DNA of 64,000 nucleotides from an uncultured Fibrobacterota bacterium (GTDB lineage Bacteria; Fibrobacterota; Chitinivibrionia; Chitinivibrionales; FEN-1185): assembly GCA_963729895.1 (NCBI GenBank), contig CAVSQB010000018.1, positions 32,001 to 96,000 on the forward strand, written 5' to 3'. Shown here in pieces: positions 17,236 to 26,000 of this stretch (position 1 is its first letter; every line of letters begins with the position of its first letter). The position numbers and the translations under genes are program-made. The notes under the pieces are model-generated. The model saw only the letters and a program-made list of their open reading frames with translations, was not told the DNA's origin and did no database searches.

Positions 17236-18795
17236 GTGCAGGATGAGACTATGGTGAGTTCAGGATATCTTCTCGGGTACGATATCGGCAGTTCGTCGAT
17301 AAAAGCCTGTCTCATGGATATCCAAAGCCAGCAGGTTGTCGCCTCGGCCGTGTCTCCGCAGACCGAGCTTGAGATCATCTGCCCAAAACCGGGCTGGGCC
17401 GAACAGGACCCCGAAGTCTGGTGGGACCACGTGAAGGCGGCCACCGCCCTGTTGCGGACCGCTTCGCCCACCGGCCTGCACGATGTCCGCGCGATCGGGA
17501 TTTCGTACCAGATGCACGGGCTTGTCATGGTGGACAAAAACCACAAGCCCCTTTCCAACGCGATTATTTGGTGTGACGGCAGGGCGGTTGACATAGGCAA
17601 TACTGCGTTTGCGGAAATCGGCGAACAAAAATGCATGGAGTACCTGCTCAATTCGCCCGGCAATTTTACGGCCTCAAAACTCGCATGGGTAAAGAAGCAT
17701 GAACCCGCACTCTACCGAAGGATCGACACAATTATGCTTCCCGGAGATTACATCGCCATGAAATTGACGGGAGAGGCTGCGACAACCGAATGCGGCCTTT
17801 CCGAATGCATCATGTGGGATTTTTACCATCACCGGCTCGCCGACATCGTTCTCGACTATTTCGATTTCAGCTACGAATTCATACCGCACATCGTGCCCGG
17901 TTTTTCGGTACAGGGGACCGTAAAACGGGAGATCGCGCAGGAACTCGGGCTGCAAAGCGGTATTCCCGTTTCCTACCGGGCGGGAGACCAGCCGAATAAC
18001 GCCCTGTCCCTTAAGGTGCTCAACCCGGGAGAGATTGCCGCGACCGCCGGGACATCGGGCGTTGTGTACGGCGTTACCGGTGCACCCGCCCGCGATCCGG
18101 CGTTCCGGGTCAACACGTTTGCTCATGTCAATCACACCGCACAGGCGCCGAGGTACGGGGTTCTCTTGTGCGTCAACGGAGCCGGCATCCTTAACAGGTG
18201 GGTGAGGCAGAACCTGTGCACGGTCGGGACCGCCGCAATGACCTACGAGCAGATGAACGCCGAAGCGCAGAAAGCTCCGCCGGGCAGCGACGGCCTCATG
18301 GTTGTTCCCTGCGGAAACGGTGCCGAGCGTATTCTGGAAAACAGGAACATCGGCGCATCGTTCCACGGGATCGATTTGACCCTGCATTCCCGCAGGCACG
18401 TTCTGCGCGCCGTTCAGGAGGGCATCGTATTTGCGCTGCGGTACGGGCTTGACGTTATGCGCAAAACCGGGGTGAATGCCGCGACGGTGCGGGCCGGACA
18501 TGCCAACATGTTCAAGAGCGATCTCTTTGCCGAGGTTTTTGCGGCGGTGTGCGACACGGAACTCGAGCTGTATAACACCGACGGCGCGCAGGGAGCCGCC
18601 CGCGGCGCCGGAATCGGTTCCGGAATGTACAAGTCGGCGCAGGAAGCATTTGAGGGCCTCAAAGTGGTCCGCAGGGTGTCGCCGGACCCGAACTTGACGG
18701 ATGTGTATGCCGGCTGCTACGAACAATGGAAAGACCTGCTGCAGGACTCCTGGTCGTATGCCCGTTCCGATGAGACGATTAAACAGGTTGGCTGA
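17236..18795 (+). CDS. xylB: Xylulokinase (FGGY family)
   Basis: LGYDIGSSSIKA, EQDP, YQMHGLV, IIWCD and AGDQPNNA; located next to an isomerase and a sugar symporter. Start may be ATG 17251. Confidence 0.88.
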   Translation: MQDETMVSSGYLLGYDIGSSSIKACLMDIQSQQVVASAVSPQTELEIICPKPGWAEQDPEVWWDHVKAATALLRTASPTGLHDVRAIGISYQMHGLVMVDKNHKPLSNAIIWCDGRAVDIGNTAFAEIGEQKCMEYLLNSPGNFTASKLAWVKKHEPALYRRIDTIMLPGDYIAMKLTGEAATTECGLSECIMWDFYHHRLADIVLDYFDFSYEFIPHIVPGFSVQGTVKREIAQELGLQSGIPVSYRAGDQPNNALSLKVLNPGEIAATAGTSGVVYGVTGAPARDPAFRVNTFAHVNHTAQAPRYGVLLCVNGAGILNRWVRQNLCTVGTAAMTYEQMNAEAQKAPPGSDGLMVVPCGNGAERILENRNIGASFHGIDLTLHSRRHVLRAVQEGIVFALRYGLDVMRKTGVNAATVRAGHANMFKSDLFAEVFAAVCDTELELYNTDGAQGAARGAGIGSGMYKSAQEAFEGLKVVRRVSPDPNLTDVYAGCYEQWKDLLQDSWSYARSDETIKQVG

Positions 18796-18837
18796 CTATT
18801 CCACTGTGTTCCCCATCCTAGACAAGGACCATGCACC

Positions 18838-19974
18838 ATGGCAGAAAAGAAAGCGTTTCACAGCGTATGCAGATGGACGTTCCATGCGGGGAAAGGCGGG
18901 TTTGTTCCCGCCGATATCCGGAAACAATGGAGTTCGGACAAGCTCGACACCGTAAGCCTCATCAGCCTCATCAAAAAAGAGATTGCGCCGAGGGTCCCCA
19001 AGCACGTCGTTCTCGGCTATGAAGTGCATTACGACACCGAAATCAACGAGTCAAATGCCCGGCAGGTCGCCGAGGCCCTGCACGAGTCCGGGCTGTATCT
19101 TGCCATGATGACTCCCGGCGCACACAGCCATTTTGCCTACGGCGGCATAGCCTCACTTGACCAAAAGGAAAGGGCGGCCGCGGAAAAGCTCGGAAAAGGC
19201 GCGGTTGATCTTACGTACGGTCCGCTTAGGTCCGCCTGGCATCCCGACGCCGGTCTTGCGCCTGCCTTTGTTCTCTGGAACGGATCGTACGGCTACGATA
19301 TCGCAACCGTGGGCATCCAAAAAATGTACCAGAACCTCAAGGAAAGCGTTGCCGCATTATGTACCTACGAAACAAAACTCGGCGGCAACCTGTACATCGC
19401 GATCGAACCCAAGCCGAACGAGGGCCATCCGGCGCTGCTGCTGCCGACCGTCGCAAGCGCTCTTTTGTTCTGGTACAAACTCGAAGCGGAGTTCGGCATC
19501 AAGCGCAACAAGAAAGGGATCAACAAGGAATTCGGACATTCGGAAATGATCGGCCTTGACCATGTGTACGATTCCGTTGAGGAGCTTGACAACAACGCGC
19601 TGCTGCACATGCACATGAACAGCCAGGGGTACAACGACGGCATCATCCTCGGCGGTCCGGGGAAGTTCGACATCGACCACGGCGTCCGCATCAACGGCAT
19701 GAACATTGCCATTGCCGGCCTTCTGCAGGCAGCCGGCTACGGCCGCTGGAAGGGGCACGACATGACGGTGCGGCCCTACGACAACGAAGAGCAGGGCATC
19801 GACCGTGTCGTACGGAGCATTTGTTCGTGGGAAGCGTGCGACAGGGCGGCGGCCGGGCTTGATACCAAACAGTTGATGAAATATCTTTCCCGGAGGGAAA
19901 CAGCGAAAGCCGAAGATATGATGCGGGAATCGGTCGTTGAAGCGTGCGGTTACTTCAGGGAAATGTACCGCTGA
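18838..19974 (+). CDS. Divergent xylose isomerase-like TIM barrel (class I-like)
   Basis: EPKPNEGH, NKEFGHSEMIGL and KFDIDH parallel the class I XylA metal-binding motifs; lies between xylB and xylE. Confidence 0.75.
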   Translation: MAEKKAFHSVCRWTFHAGKGGFVPADIRKQWSSDKLDTVSLISLIKKEIAPRVPKHVVLGYEVHYDTEINESNARQVAEALHESGLYLAMMTPGAHSHFAYGGIASLDQKERAAAEKLGKGAVDLTYGPLRSAWHPDAGLAPAFVLWNGSYGYDIATVGIQKMYQNLKESVAALCTYETKLGGNLYIAIEPKPNEGHPALLLPTVASALLFWYKLEAEFGIKRNKKGINKEFGHSEMIGLDHVYDSVEELDNNALLHMHMNSQGYNDGIILGGPGKFDIDHGVRINGMNIAIAGLLQAAGYGRWKGHDMTVRPYDNEEQGIDRVVRSICSWEACDRAAAGLDTKQLMKYLSRRETAKAEDMMRESVVEACGYFREMYR

Positions 19975-20003
19975 GCGCGGAACGTGTGACACAAGGAGAA
20001 TGC

Positions 20004-21386
20004 ATGATAAGCGACACCGGAAGCAAAGCGTACGTGATACTGCTTACGCTTGTCGCCACCCTCGGCGGCCTCTTGTTCGGGTACGATACGGCTGTCATAT
20101 CCGGCGCCGTGGGTTCGCTCAAGGCATACTTCATCGATTCGAGGAACCTGGGCGTTGACGCGGGCAACAGCCTTCTCGGATGGACAACATCGAGCGCCTT
20201 GCTCGGATGCATTATCGGCGGCGCCATGGCCGGGCTGGCAAGTCACCGGCTTGGAAGGAGGAAGGCGATGCTCGTCTCCGCGCTCCTCTTTCTTGTCTCC
20301 GCCCTGGGGACGGCGCTCCCGAACCGGTTGATCGGATTTGTCCTGTTTCGCATCCTGGGAGGCGTCGGCGTGGGCATGGCTTCGATGCTCTCCCCGATGT
20401 ACATTGCCGAAATCGCCCCCGCTTCAATACGCGGAAAGCTCGTTTCGTGGAACCAGTTCGCCATCATCTTCGGCATGCTGGTTGTATATTTTGTCAACTA
20501 CGCAATCGCGCTCCAGGGCAGCGAAACGTGGCTCAACGCCGTCGGGTGGCGCTGGATGTTCGCCTCCGGCGCCGTGCCGTCCCTGCTGTTCTTTGTGTGC
20601 CTGTTTTTTATTCCCGAGAGCCCCCGCTGGCTCATGATGAAGGGCCGTGACGACAAAGCCGTGGCTGTGCTGTCAAGGGTCGGCGGTACAAACCACGCAA
20701 GGGTTGAAGCGGAGGAAATCAGAAAATCGCTGCAGCAGAAAAGAGGGAAGATTTTCTCATACGGGGCCCTGCTGGTGTTGATCGGCGTCATGCTTTCCGT
20801 TTTTCAACAGGTGACCGGCATCAACGTTATCCTGTACTATGCGCCCGCGATATTCAAGAAGATGGGCAGCAGCACAAACGTTTCGCTTTTGCAAACCATT
20901 ATCGTGGGCGCGGTCAACCTTGCCTTTACGGTCATTGCCATCCTCACCGTGGACAAATTCGGCCGCAAGGCGCTCATGCTGATCGGGTACAGCGGCATGT
21001 GCATCGGTATTTGCGGCGTGGGCGTCACGGCGTATCTGCAGCAGGCCGGGCTCGGAATGCTTTTCATGATGCTCTTGTACATTGCCTGTTTTGCCCTTGC
21101 CGCCGGCCCCGTGACATGGGTCCTGCTGTCGGAAATCTTTCCCAATACCATTCGTGACAGCGCCATGTCCATCGCCGTTGCGGCTCAATGGATATCCAAT
21201 CTTGCCGTATCCTGGACGTTCCCCGTCCTTCTTGGCAACGTTTTTCTCAATGCCAAATTCCACGGCGGCTTTCCGTTCTGGCTCTACGGCGGCATGTGCG
21301 TTTTCACCGTGCTTTTTGTTTGGAAACTTGTGCCGGAGACAAAGGGGAAGACGCTCGAATCGATGGAAGCGCTGTGGAGGAAATGA
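20004..21386 (+). CDS. xylE: D-xylose:H+ symporter (MFS sugar porter)
   Basis: GGLLFGYDTAVISG, PMYIAE, PESPRW, QQVTGINVILYYAP and VPETKGK; ATG after AAGGAG. Confidence 0.88.
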   Translation: MISDTGSKAYVILLTLVATLGGLLFGYDTAVISGAVGSLKAYFIDSRNLGVDAGNSLLGWTTSSALLGCIIGGAMAGLASHRLGRRKAMLVSALLFLVSALGTALPNRLIGFVLFRILGGVGVGMASMLSPMYIAEIAPASIRGKLVSWNQFAIIFGMLVVYFVNYAIALQGSETWLNAVGWRWMFASGAVPSLLFFVCLFFIPESPRWLMMKGRDDKAVAVLSRVGGTNHARVEAEEIRKSLQQKRGKIFSYGALLVLIGVMLSVFQQVTGINVILYYAPAIFKKMGSSTNVSLLQTIIVGAVNLAFTVIAILTVDKFGRKALMLIGYSGMCIGICGVGVTAYLQQAGLGMLFMMLLYIACFALAAGPVTWVLLSEIFPNTIRDSAMSIAVAAQWISNLAVSWTFPVLLGNVFLNAKFHGGFPFWLYGGMCVFTVLFVWKLVPETKGKTLESMEALWRK

Positions 21387-21426
21387 CCGGTAGGCGGGAA
21401 TGGGAAGCCGCAGGCATCCCGTTTAT

Positions 21427-21599
21427 TAATCCGGTCATTATAGTGGTGACAATTTTACTCTTCAAAAATGCTTGCCGAGTGCCGCTCGCCTCGATACGGT
21501 CCAAAGGGCCACTCGGCGAGCGGTGTATCGAGGCAAGCAACCAAGGAAAATGAGGCAACCAAAAACCACGGATAGGTAACCTATTTAATGACCGGATTA
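21427..21599. mobile_element. MITE-like element F, copy 1
   Basis: 14-bp TIR TAATCCGGTCATTA/TAATGACCGGATTA; inverted homologous copy at 43147-43315. Confidence 0.8.
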
Positions 21600-21691
21600 T
21601 TACTCCGGCAACTAAATATGATCAAACAAGACTTGTTCCACAGAGGGAAAATCACATGATTCTTATCTGTATTTTATTGCCGGAGTAATAA
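21597..21691. mobile_element. Short MITE-like element abutting F
   Basis: 15-bp perfect TIR TTATTACTCCGGCAA/TTGCCGGAGTAATAA; only one copy in the window. Confidence 0.55.
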
Positions 21692-21743
21692 TAATTACGC
21701 GGGTTGCTCCAAGCCTGACGGAGCGGGTGTCTGTCACGTGATG

Positions 21744-23330
21744 TCACTTGTCAAAGTGCTTCCGCGCGGTGGATCGCCGCTCGACAATGGTTCCCTCGGC
21801 TTCGATGACTGCTTTTCGCCGCGGTGATGAAACCGAAGACGGCCGTAGCGCGTATCGCAGCATGATGCTTACGATCCCGTTCAGGTTGAAATCATACGAC
21901 GTGATCTGGTGTTCCATTGCGTCAAGCGTATTGTCAAAAGATATGATTGAAAGATCTTCCGGCACGCGGACTTTGTTTTCCTTCAGGAAGTCCAGGGCGA
22001 GCGTCGCCGTGTAATCGTTCGACGTTACCCAGGCCGTAATCGCCTTGGTGCCGAGCGCCTGCCTGAACAGCGGAACCATTCGGTAGTAGATTTCACCGGT
22101 TGCGCAATTCCATTCGGTGAGGTACTTTGAGATATTGTAACTGATGTGCCCGAATTTTCTGAAGAATTCGGAATCGGCATATTTCTGCCATTTGTCGTAG
22201 GCTGCCGCCAGGGCCTGGATGTCCTCGGGTTTTTCATGATCTTCCTGCAGAAAATCCCACTGGAACGCATATTGGTCGAGCACGAAAGAATGCACGTTGT
22301 TGCCATGCCCCGCATCACTGAAAATCTCCCTGATTCCATTGCTGCGCTGTATCGACCAGAGCGCTTTGTGGAAGGGGGAGACGAAGGCGATGTTCGTGTG
22401 TCCGAGGCTCAGAAGGTACTGAGCCACCCGCCGCGGGGGATGGGCAGATGTCGTAACCGTAAAGAACTGAAACCGCGCGTTGTTCGAAATCTGGGGCGAG
22501 GCTTCCCACCCGCCTACGACGTCCAGGATCGCAACCGGCCTTCTACGGCTCACGAGTTTCTGAAACACTTCTTCCGGTGGAATTTCCAGGTTCGCGACGA
22601 CAACGACGAAGCTCAGGATGTTCTCGTTTGAAAGATCGTACGGCTTGCGGGTCACGGTGTCGACAAAACAGAGTTTGCCGTTCCGGCGGCAATACACGAC
22701 GATGTCAAGAGCGATCTTCGCCTGTATGCATCCTGATTCGAGGATGCGGAAGTAGTTTTTGTCCTGATAATCAACCCAGAGCGTTCCGTCTTCCCATCCG
22801 CACCCGATCGCCACGATCCTGGCCGTTGCCGCCGATTTGACAAGCACCGGTACGCTGTATCCGCGCCGATATGCCTTGAGCATCCCCTGGGAAGAGAGTT
22901 GATCCAGCGCTTTCCGGAGCGTGGGGTAGGAAACGTTGTAGATTCCCTGCAGTTCCTTGCAGGAAGGCAACAGTTGTCCGGGATGAAATCTTCCGGTAAG
23001 TATGTCCTGTTTGAACTGCGAAAGCATTTTTTGCCACAAGAGCCGGGTTTGTTCCATATCCCGATAGTTGTCCGGCGGGACGGTTTCCGCCAAAGCCTCT
23101 TTCATCGATTTGGGGAGCCGTGCACTCACCGTTGATCCGATCCCTTGTCTGGATCGGGAAATGATCCCCTGCGACCTGAGAAGGTCGATTGCCTTCCACA
23201 TTGTCACAAAAGAGACATCCGCCGCCCTCGCAAGGGATTTTATGGAAGGGAGTTTCCGGCCCAGTTTTCCGGAGACTATTCCGCGCCGGACAAAATCGAT
23301 GGCCTTCTGCATCCCGGGTCTCTTTTTCAT
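21744..23330 (-). CDS. Transcriptional regulator with two GntR wHTH domains and a LacI-type sensor domain
   Basis: LPSIKSLA..VSFVTMWKA and LPSCKELQ..VSYPTLRKAL; C-terminal VPEDLSIISFDN and IVERRST. Confidence 0.85.
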   Translation of the reverse strand: MKKRPGMQKAIDFVRRGIVSGKLGRKLPSIKSLARAADVSFVTMWKAIDLLRSQGIISRSRQGIGSTVSARLPKSMKEALAETVPPDNYRDMEQTRLLWQKMLSQFKQDILTGRFHPGQLLPSCKELQGIYNVSYPTLRKALDQLSSQGMLKAYRRGYSVPVLVKSAATARIVAIGCGWEDGTLWVDYQDKNYFRILESGCIQAKIALDIVVYCRRNGKLCFVDTVTRKPYDLSNENILSFVVVVANLEIPPEEVFQKLVSRRRPVAILDVVGGWEASPQISNNARFQFFTVTTSAHPPRRVAQYLLSLGHTNIAFVSPFHKALWSIQRSNGIREIFSDAGHGNNVHSFVLDQYAFQWDFLQEDHEKPEDIQALAAAYDKWQKYADSEFFRKFGHISYNISKYLTEWNCATGEIYYRMVPLFRQALGTKAITAWVTSNDYTATLALDFLKENKVRVPEDLSIISFDNTLDAMEHQITSYDFNLNGIVSIMLRYALRPSSVSSPRRKAVIEAEGTIVERRSTARKHFDK

Positions 23331-23507
23331 GGTACAAGAGTCCTTTGCAAAAATTGAGGTACCGCCGGTTGAACAACGCTCTCCGGCATGTTAATAAATA
23401 TATAAATTGTATAAACCAAGTAAATAGGTTACTGATGTTCTTTGCGTTCCCACGTCTTAAATTGTTTACATGTCGCCCTCCGGATAACAAGGTAAAGGGG
23501 AAACGGT

Positions 23508-25898
23508 ATGTTCAGCCTCATGGTCAAGTCGCCATTATTTCTTCTTTTCGTGACTGCGGCGATTTTCGCGGCTCCCGCGCGCTTTCGCCTGCTCGCTCCG
23601 GACAGCGTCTGGACAAAAGCGCACACGCCGGTCTTTGTCTGGCAGGCGAGCGCCGGCGCCGGCCAGTATGACGTCTGGGTGGATACCACTAAAATCGCCG
23701 CGGGCGCCACCCAGACTTACCTGACCTCACCCCAACAACTGACCGTCGGACGCCACACTTGGTTTGTTAAGGCAACCGGTGGCGGCGCCACCGTAAACAG
23801 TGCGGACACAGGCGTTTTCAACATCGGAACTCCTCCGGTGCATATGTGGGACTATACCGACGGGTTTGAGCGGGGCGACCTCAACGATTATGTGTCCAAC
23901 GGCATCGGCATCACGACCAACGCGCTCGACGGATCGCATTCCGCCGGCTACACGAGCCCGTCGGACACCATGGTCATGCATTACGCGTACAACCCTGCAT
24001 TTACCAACACGCAGGAGGCAGAGGCTTCTGTGCTGTTCAGCCTGGACGACGGGAACGCGGACGTGGGCGTTGGTTTTGCCGATGAGAACGGCGTCTGGTG
24101 CTATGCCATGATTGACCGGGTGGACAAGAGTATTAACATTGAACGACGCGCAACCTATTCGATTTACCCTCATACCGAGACCGGTTTCACAAAGACAAAC
24201 TGGACGGAGCGGCAGGAAAACGGGTTTTACATCTGGTGTTCCGACACCCAGCCGCTCCCGGCGTTGACGCAAGGAACCAGGTACATTTTGAAATTCCAAT
24301 TGTCAAACCGCCTGCCGTCTTTGGGAAAGACGGCGCAGGCGATTGTGGAAACCGCGGACAGCACGGTGGTGTGCTCTGTGCGGAGTTTTCTTGACGACGT
24401 GTACGCGCCCCATCCGATGTTCATCATTAAGAACGGCAATGCGCGTGTCGACGATTTCAGGTATCAGCTTCTTGACCGATGGTCGTACAACTGGAAGCCC
24501 CACATCGGATGTCTCAATCCGACCTGGGCCGGATATAATCCGGCAGTCTGGCGTGATGCCAGCAATAAGTGGTGGTTGACGGCAAGGACGGACAACAAGA
24601 TCCGGTGGAGTTCGGACGGTATCAATTGGTCGGAGTCGACCGCGAGCGCGCCGCCGGTGAGCATCATGGATCCGGCGATCTTCGGGATGCGCGGCGATCC
24701 CTGGAACGACGGCCGGACCTATCTTGCGTCGTGCAACGGCTGTTGCTTCGACTCCGTGCGAATCTTTTATTCCACCGACCTATCAAGCGGCAACTGGACC
24801 TGGTGGGGCCAGCACCCGGGATTGACCTTGTGCGGACGCGAGCACGTTTTTCTCGACACCAAAGACTGGCCGACTCTCGACTCCATCCATTACAACGGAA
24901 GCGCATACCGGTTCGTCAACATCCTCGAAGGCGACATCGGGCATGGCGGCAGCACCATGATGAAATTGACTAATGATCAAATCAATTTTACCGAAATCGA
25001 GTGCGCCGATCTGTATGGAAATGCGACGAACAAGCCCCTGTTGCAGAAAAACCTCTGGATGATGGAATGCCTCAATGTGGTGTCGAGCTGCGGCATGGCG
25101 CTCGACGGCAACATCCGGGTCATGACCTTCAAGGACGGCGACGGCAACTACGAAAAGGCGATTCCTCAGGAGGTCATTCTTGACGGCAAACAACCCTGGG
25201 TGGCAAAGGCGATGCAGACGATCCCGGGGTTTCCGTATTACTGGGGCAACAGGCATGTTGCGCGGGACAAAACCGGCGCATCGTGGTACGGCGGCTTTTG
25301 CCAGTGGCCTTCTTGCTTTGTGTGGGTCCCTGAGGAGAAAACAGCCTATTGTTATTGGGGTGAGGAAAATACCATCAATGTGTCCACCGCCCGCATCATT
25401 CCGGAATTCCGCTGCGCGTCCCTCTCTACAGATACCTCCACCGTCGATCCGGGCAATCAGGTGCGCGTAACGGCAAACCTCTGGAATTTCGGAGATGCCG
25501 ACGGGGACGACACAATAAATGTGGAAAGCGACGGCGTTGCTATCAACACCACGGTGATCCATCTGGCGGCCAACACCGACTCGATCATTACGTTCACGCT
25601 TTCGGCCCTTTCCGCCGGTGCGCATGTCGTAAGCATTGATTCGTGTAAGGCCGGTCTTTTCGTGACTGGTTCGTCAGCGGTGGCTAAACCGTTTGAAGTC
25701 GTGCGTCCTGCGCCCGGGGCGCAAAACCGTTTCATAGTCCGCTTGTTTGATTTGCAGGGGAAAAACATTCGGACCGCGGAATCCGACCGGAGCGATCCGA
25801 ACAATCCATTGCTCACACAAGGGTGCGCGCGGGGTTTGTATCTTGTGGAAGTGTATGACGGCTTCAAATTGACAAGATCGAAAATAATCCTTAAGTAA
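23508..25898 (+). CDS. Secreted multidomain protein (possible CAZyme) with CARDB-like and T9SS-like C-terminal domains
   Basis: Signal peptide, Trp/Cys-rich beta-rich body, VDPGNQVRVTANLWNFG segment and LFDLQGK..GLYLV tail. Catalytic family not recognised. Confidence 0.65.
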   Translation: MFSLMVKSPLFLLFVTAAIFAAPARFRLLAPDSVWTKAHTPVFVWQASAGAGQYDVWVDTTKIAAGATQTYLTSPQQLTVGRHTWFVKATGGGATVNSADTGVFNIGTPPVHMWDYTDGFERGDLNDYVSNGIGITTNALDGSHSAGYTSPSDTMVMHYAYNPAFTNTQEAEASVLFSLDDGNADVGVGFADENGVWCYAMIDRVDKSINIERRATYSIYPHTETGFTKTNWTERQENGFYIWCSDTQPLPALTQGTRYILKFQLSNRLPSLGKTAQAIVETADSTVVCSVRSFLDDVYAPHPMFIIKNGNARVDDFRYQLLDRWSYNWKPHIGCLNPTWAGYNPAVWRDASNKWWLTARTDNKIRWSSDGINWSESTASAPPVSIMDPAIFGMRGDPWNDGRTYLASCNGCCFDSVRIFYSTDLSSGNWTWWGQHPGLTLCGREHVFLDTKDWPTLDSIHYNGSAYRFVNILEGDIGHGGSTMMKLTNDQINFTEIECADLYGNATNKPLLQKNLWMMECLNVVSSCGMALDGNIRVMTFKDGDGNYEKAIPQEVILDGKQPWVAKAMQTIPGFPYYWGNRHVARDKTGASWYGGFCQWPSCFVWVPEEKTAYCYWGEENTINVSTARIIPEFRCASLSTDTSTVDPGNQVRVTANLWNFGDADGDDTINVESDGVAINTTVIHLAANTDSIITFTLSALSAGAHVVSIDSCKAGLFVTGSSAVAKPFEVVRPAPGAQNRFIVRLFDLQGKNIRTAESDRSDPNNPLLTQGCARGLYLVEVYDGFKLTRSKIILK

Positions 25899-26000
25899 TC
25901 CTGTGAAAATAATTTGTGTTGAGAATAGTCAAAACGGCTGTGCCGGCTTGGAAATATTTAAAAGATTCCGGATCTATTTAGTCGCTGATACTATGAAAAA

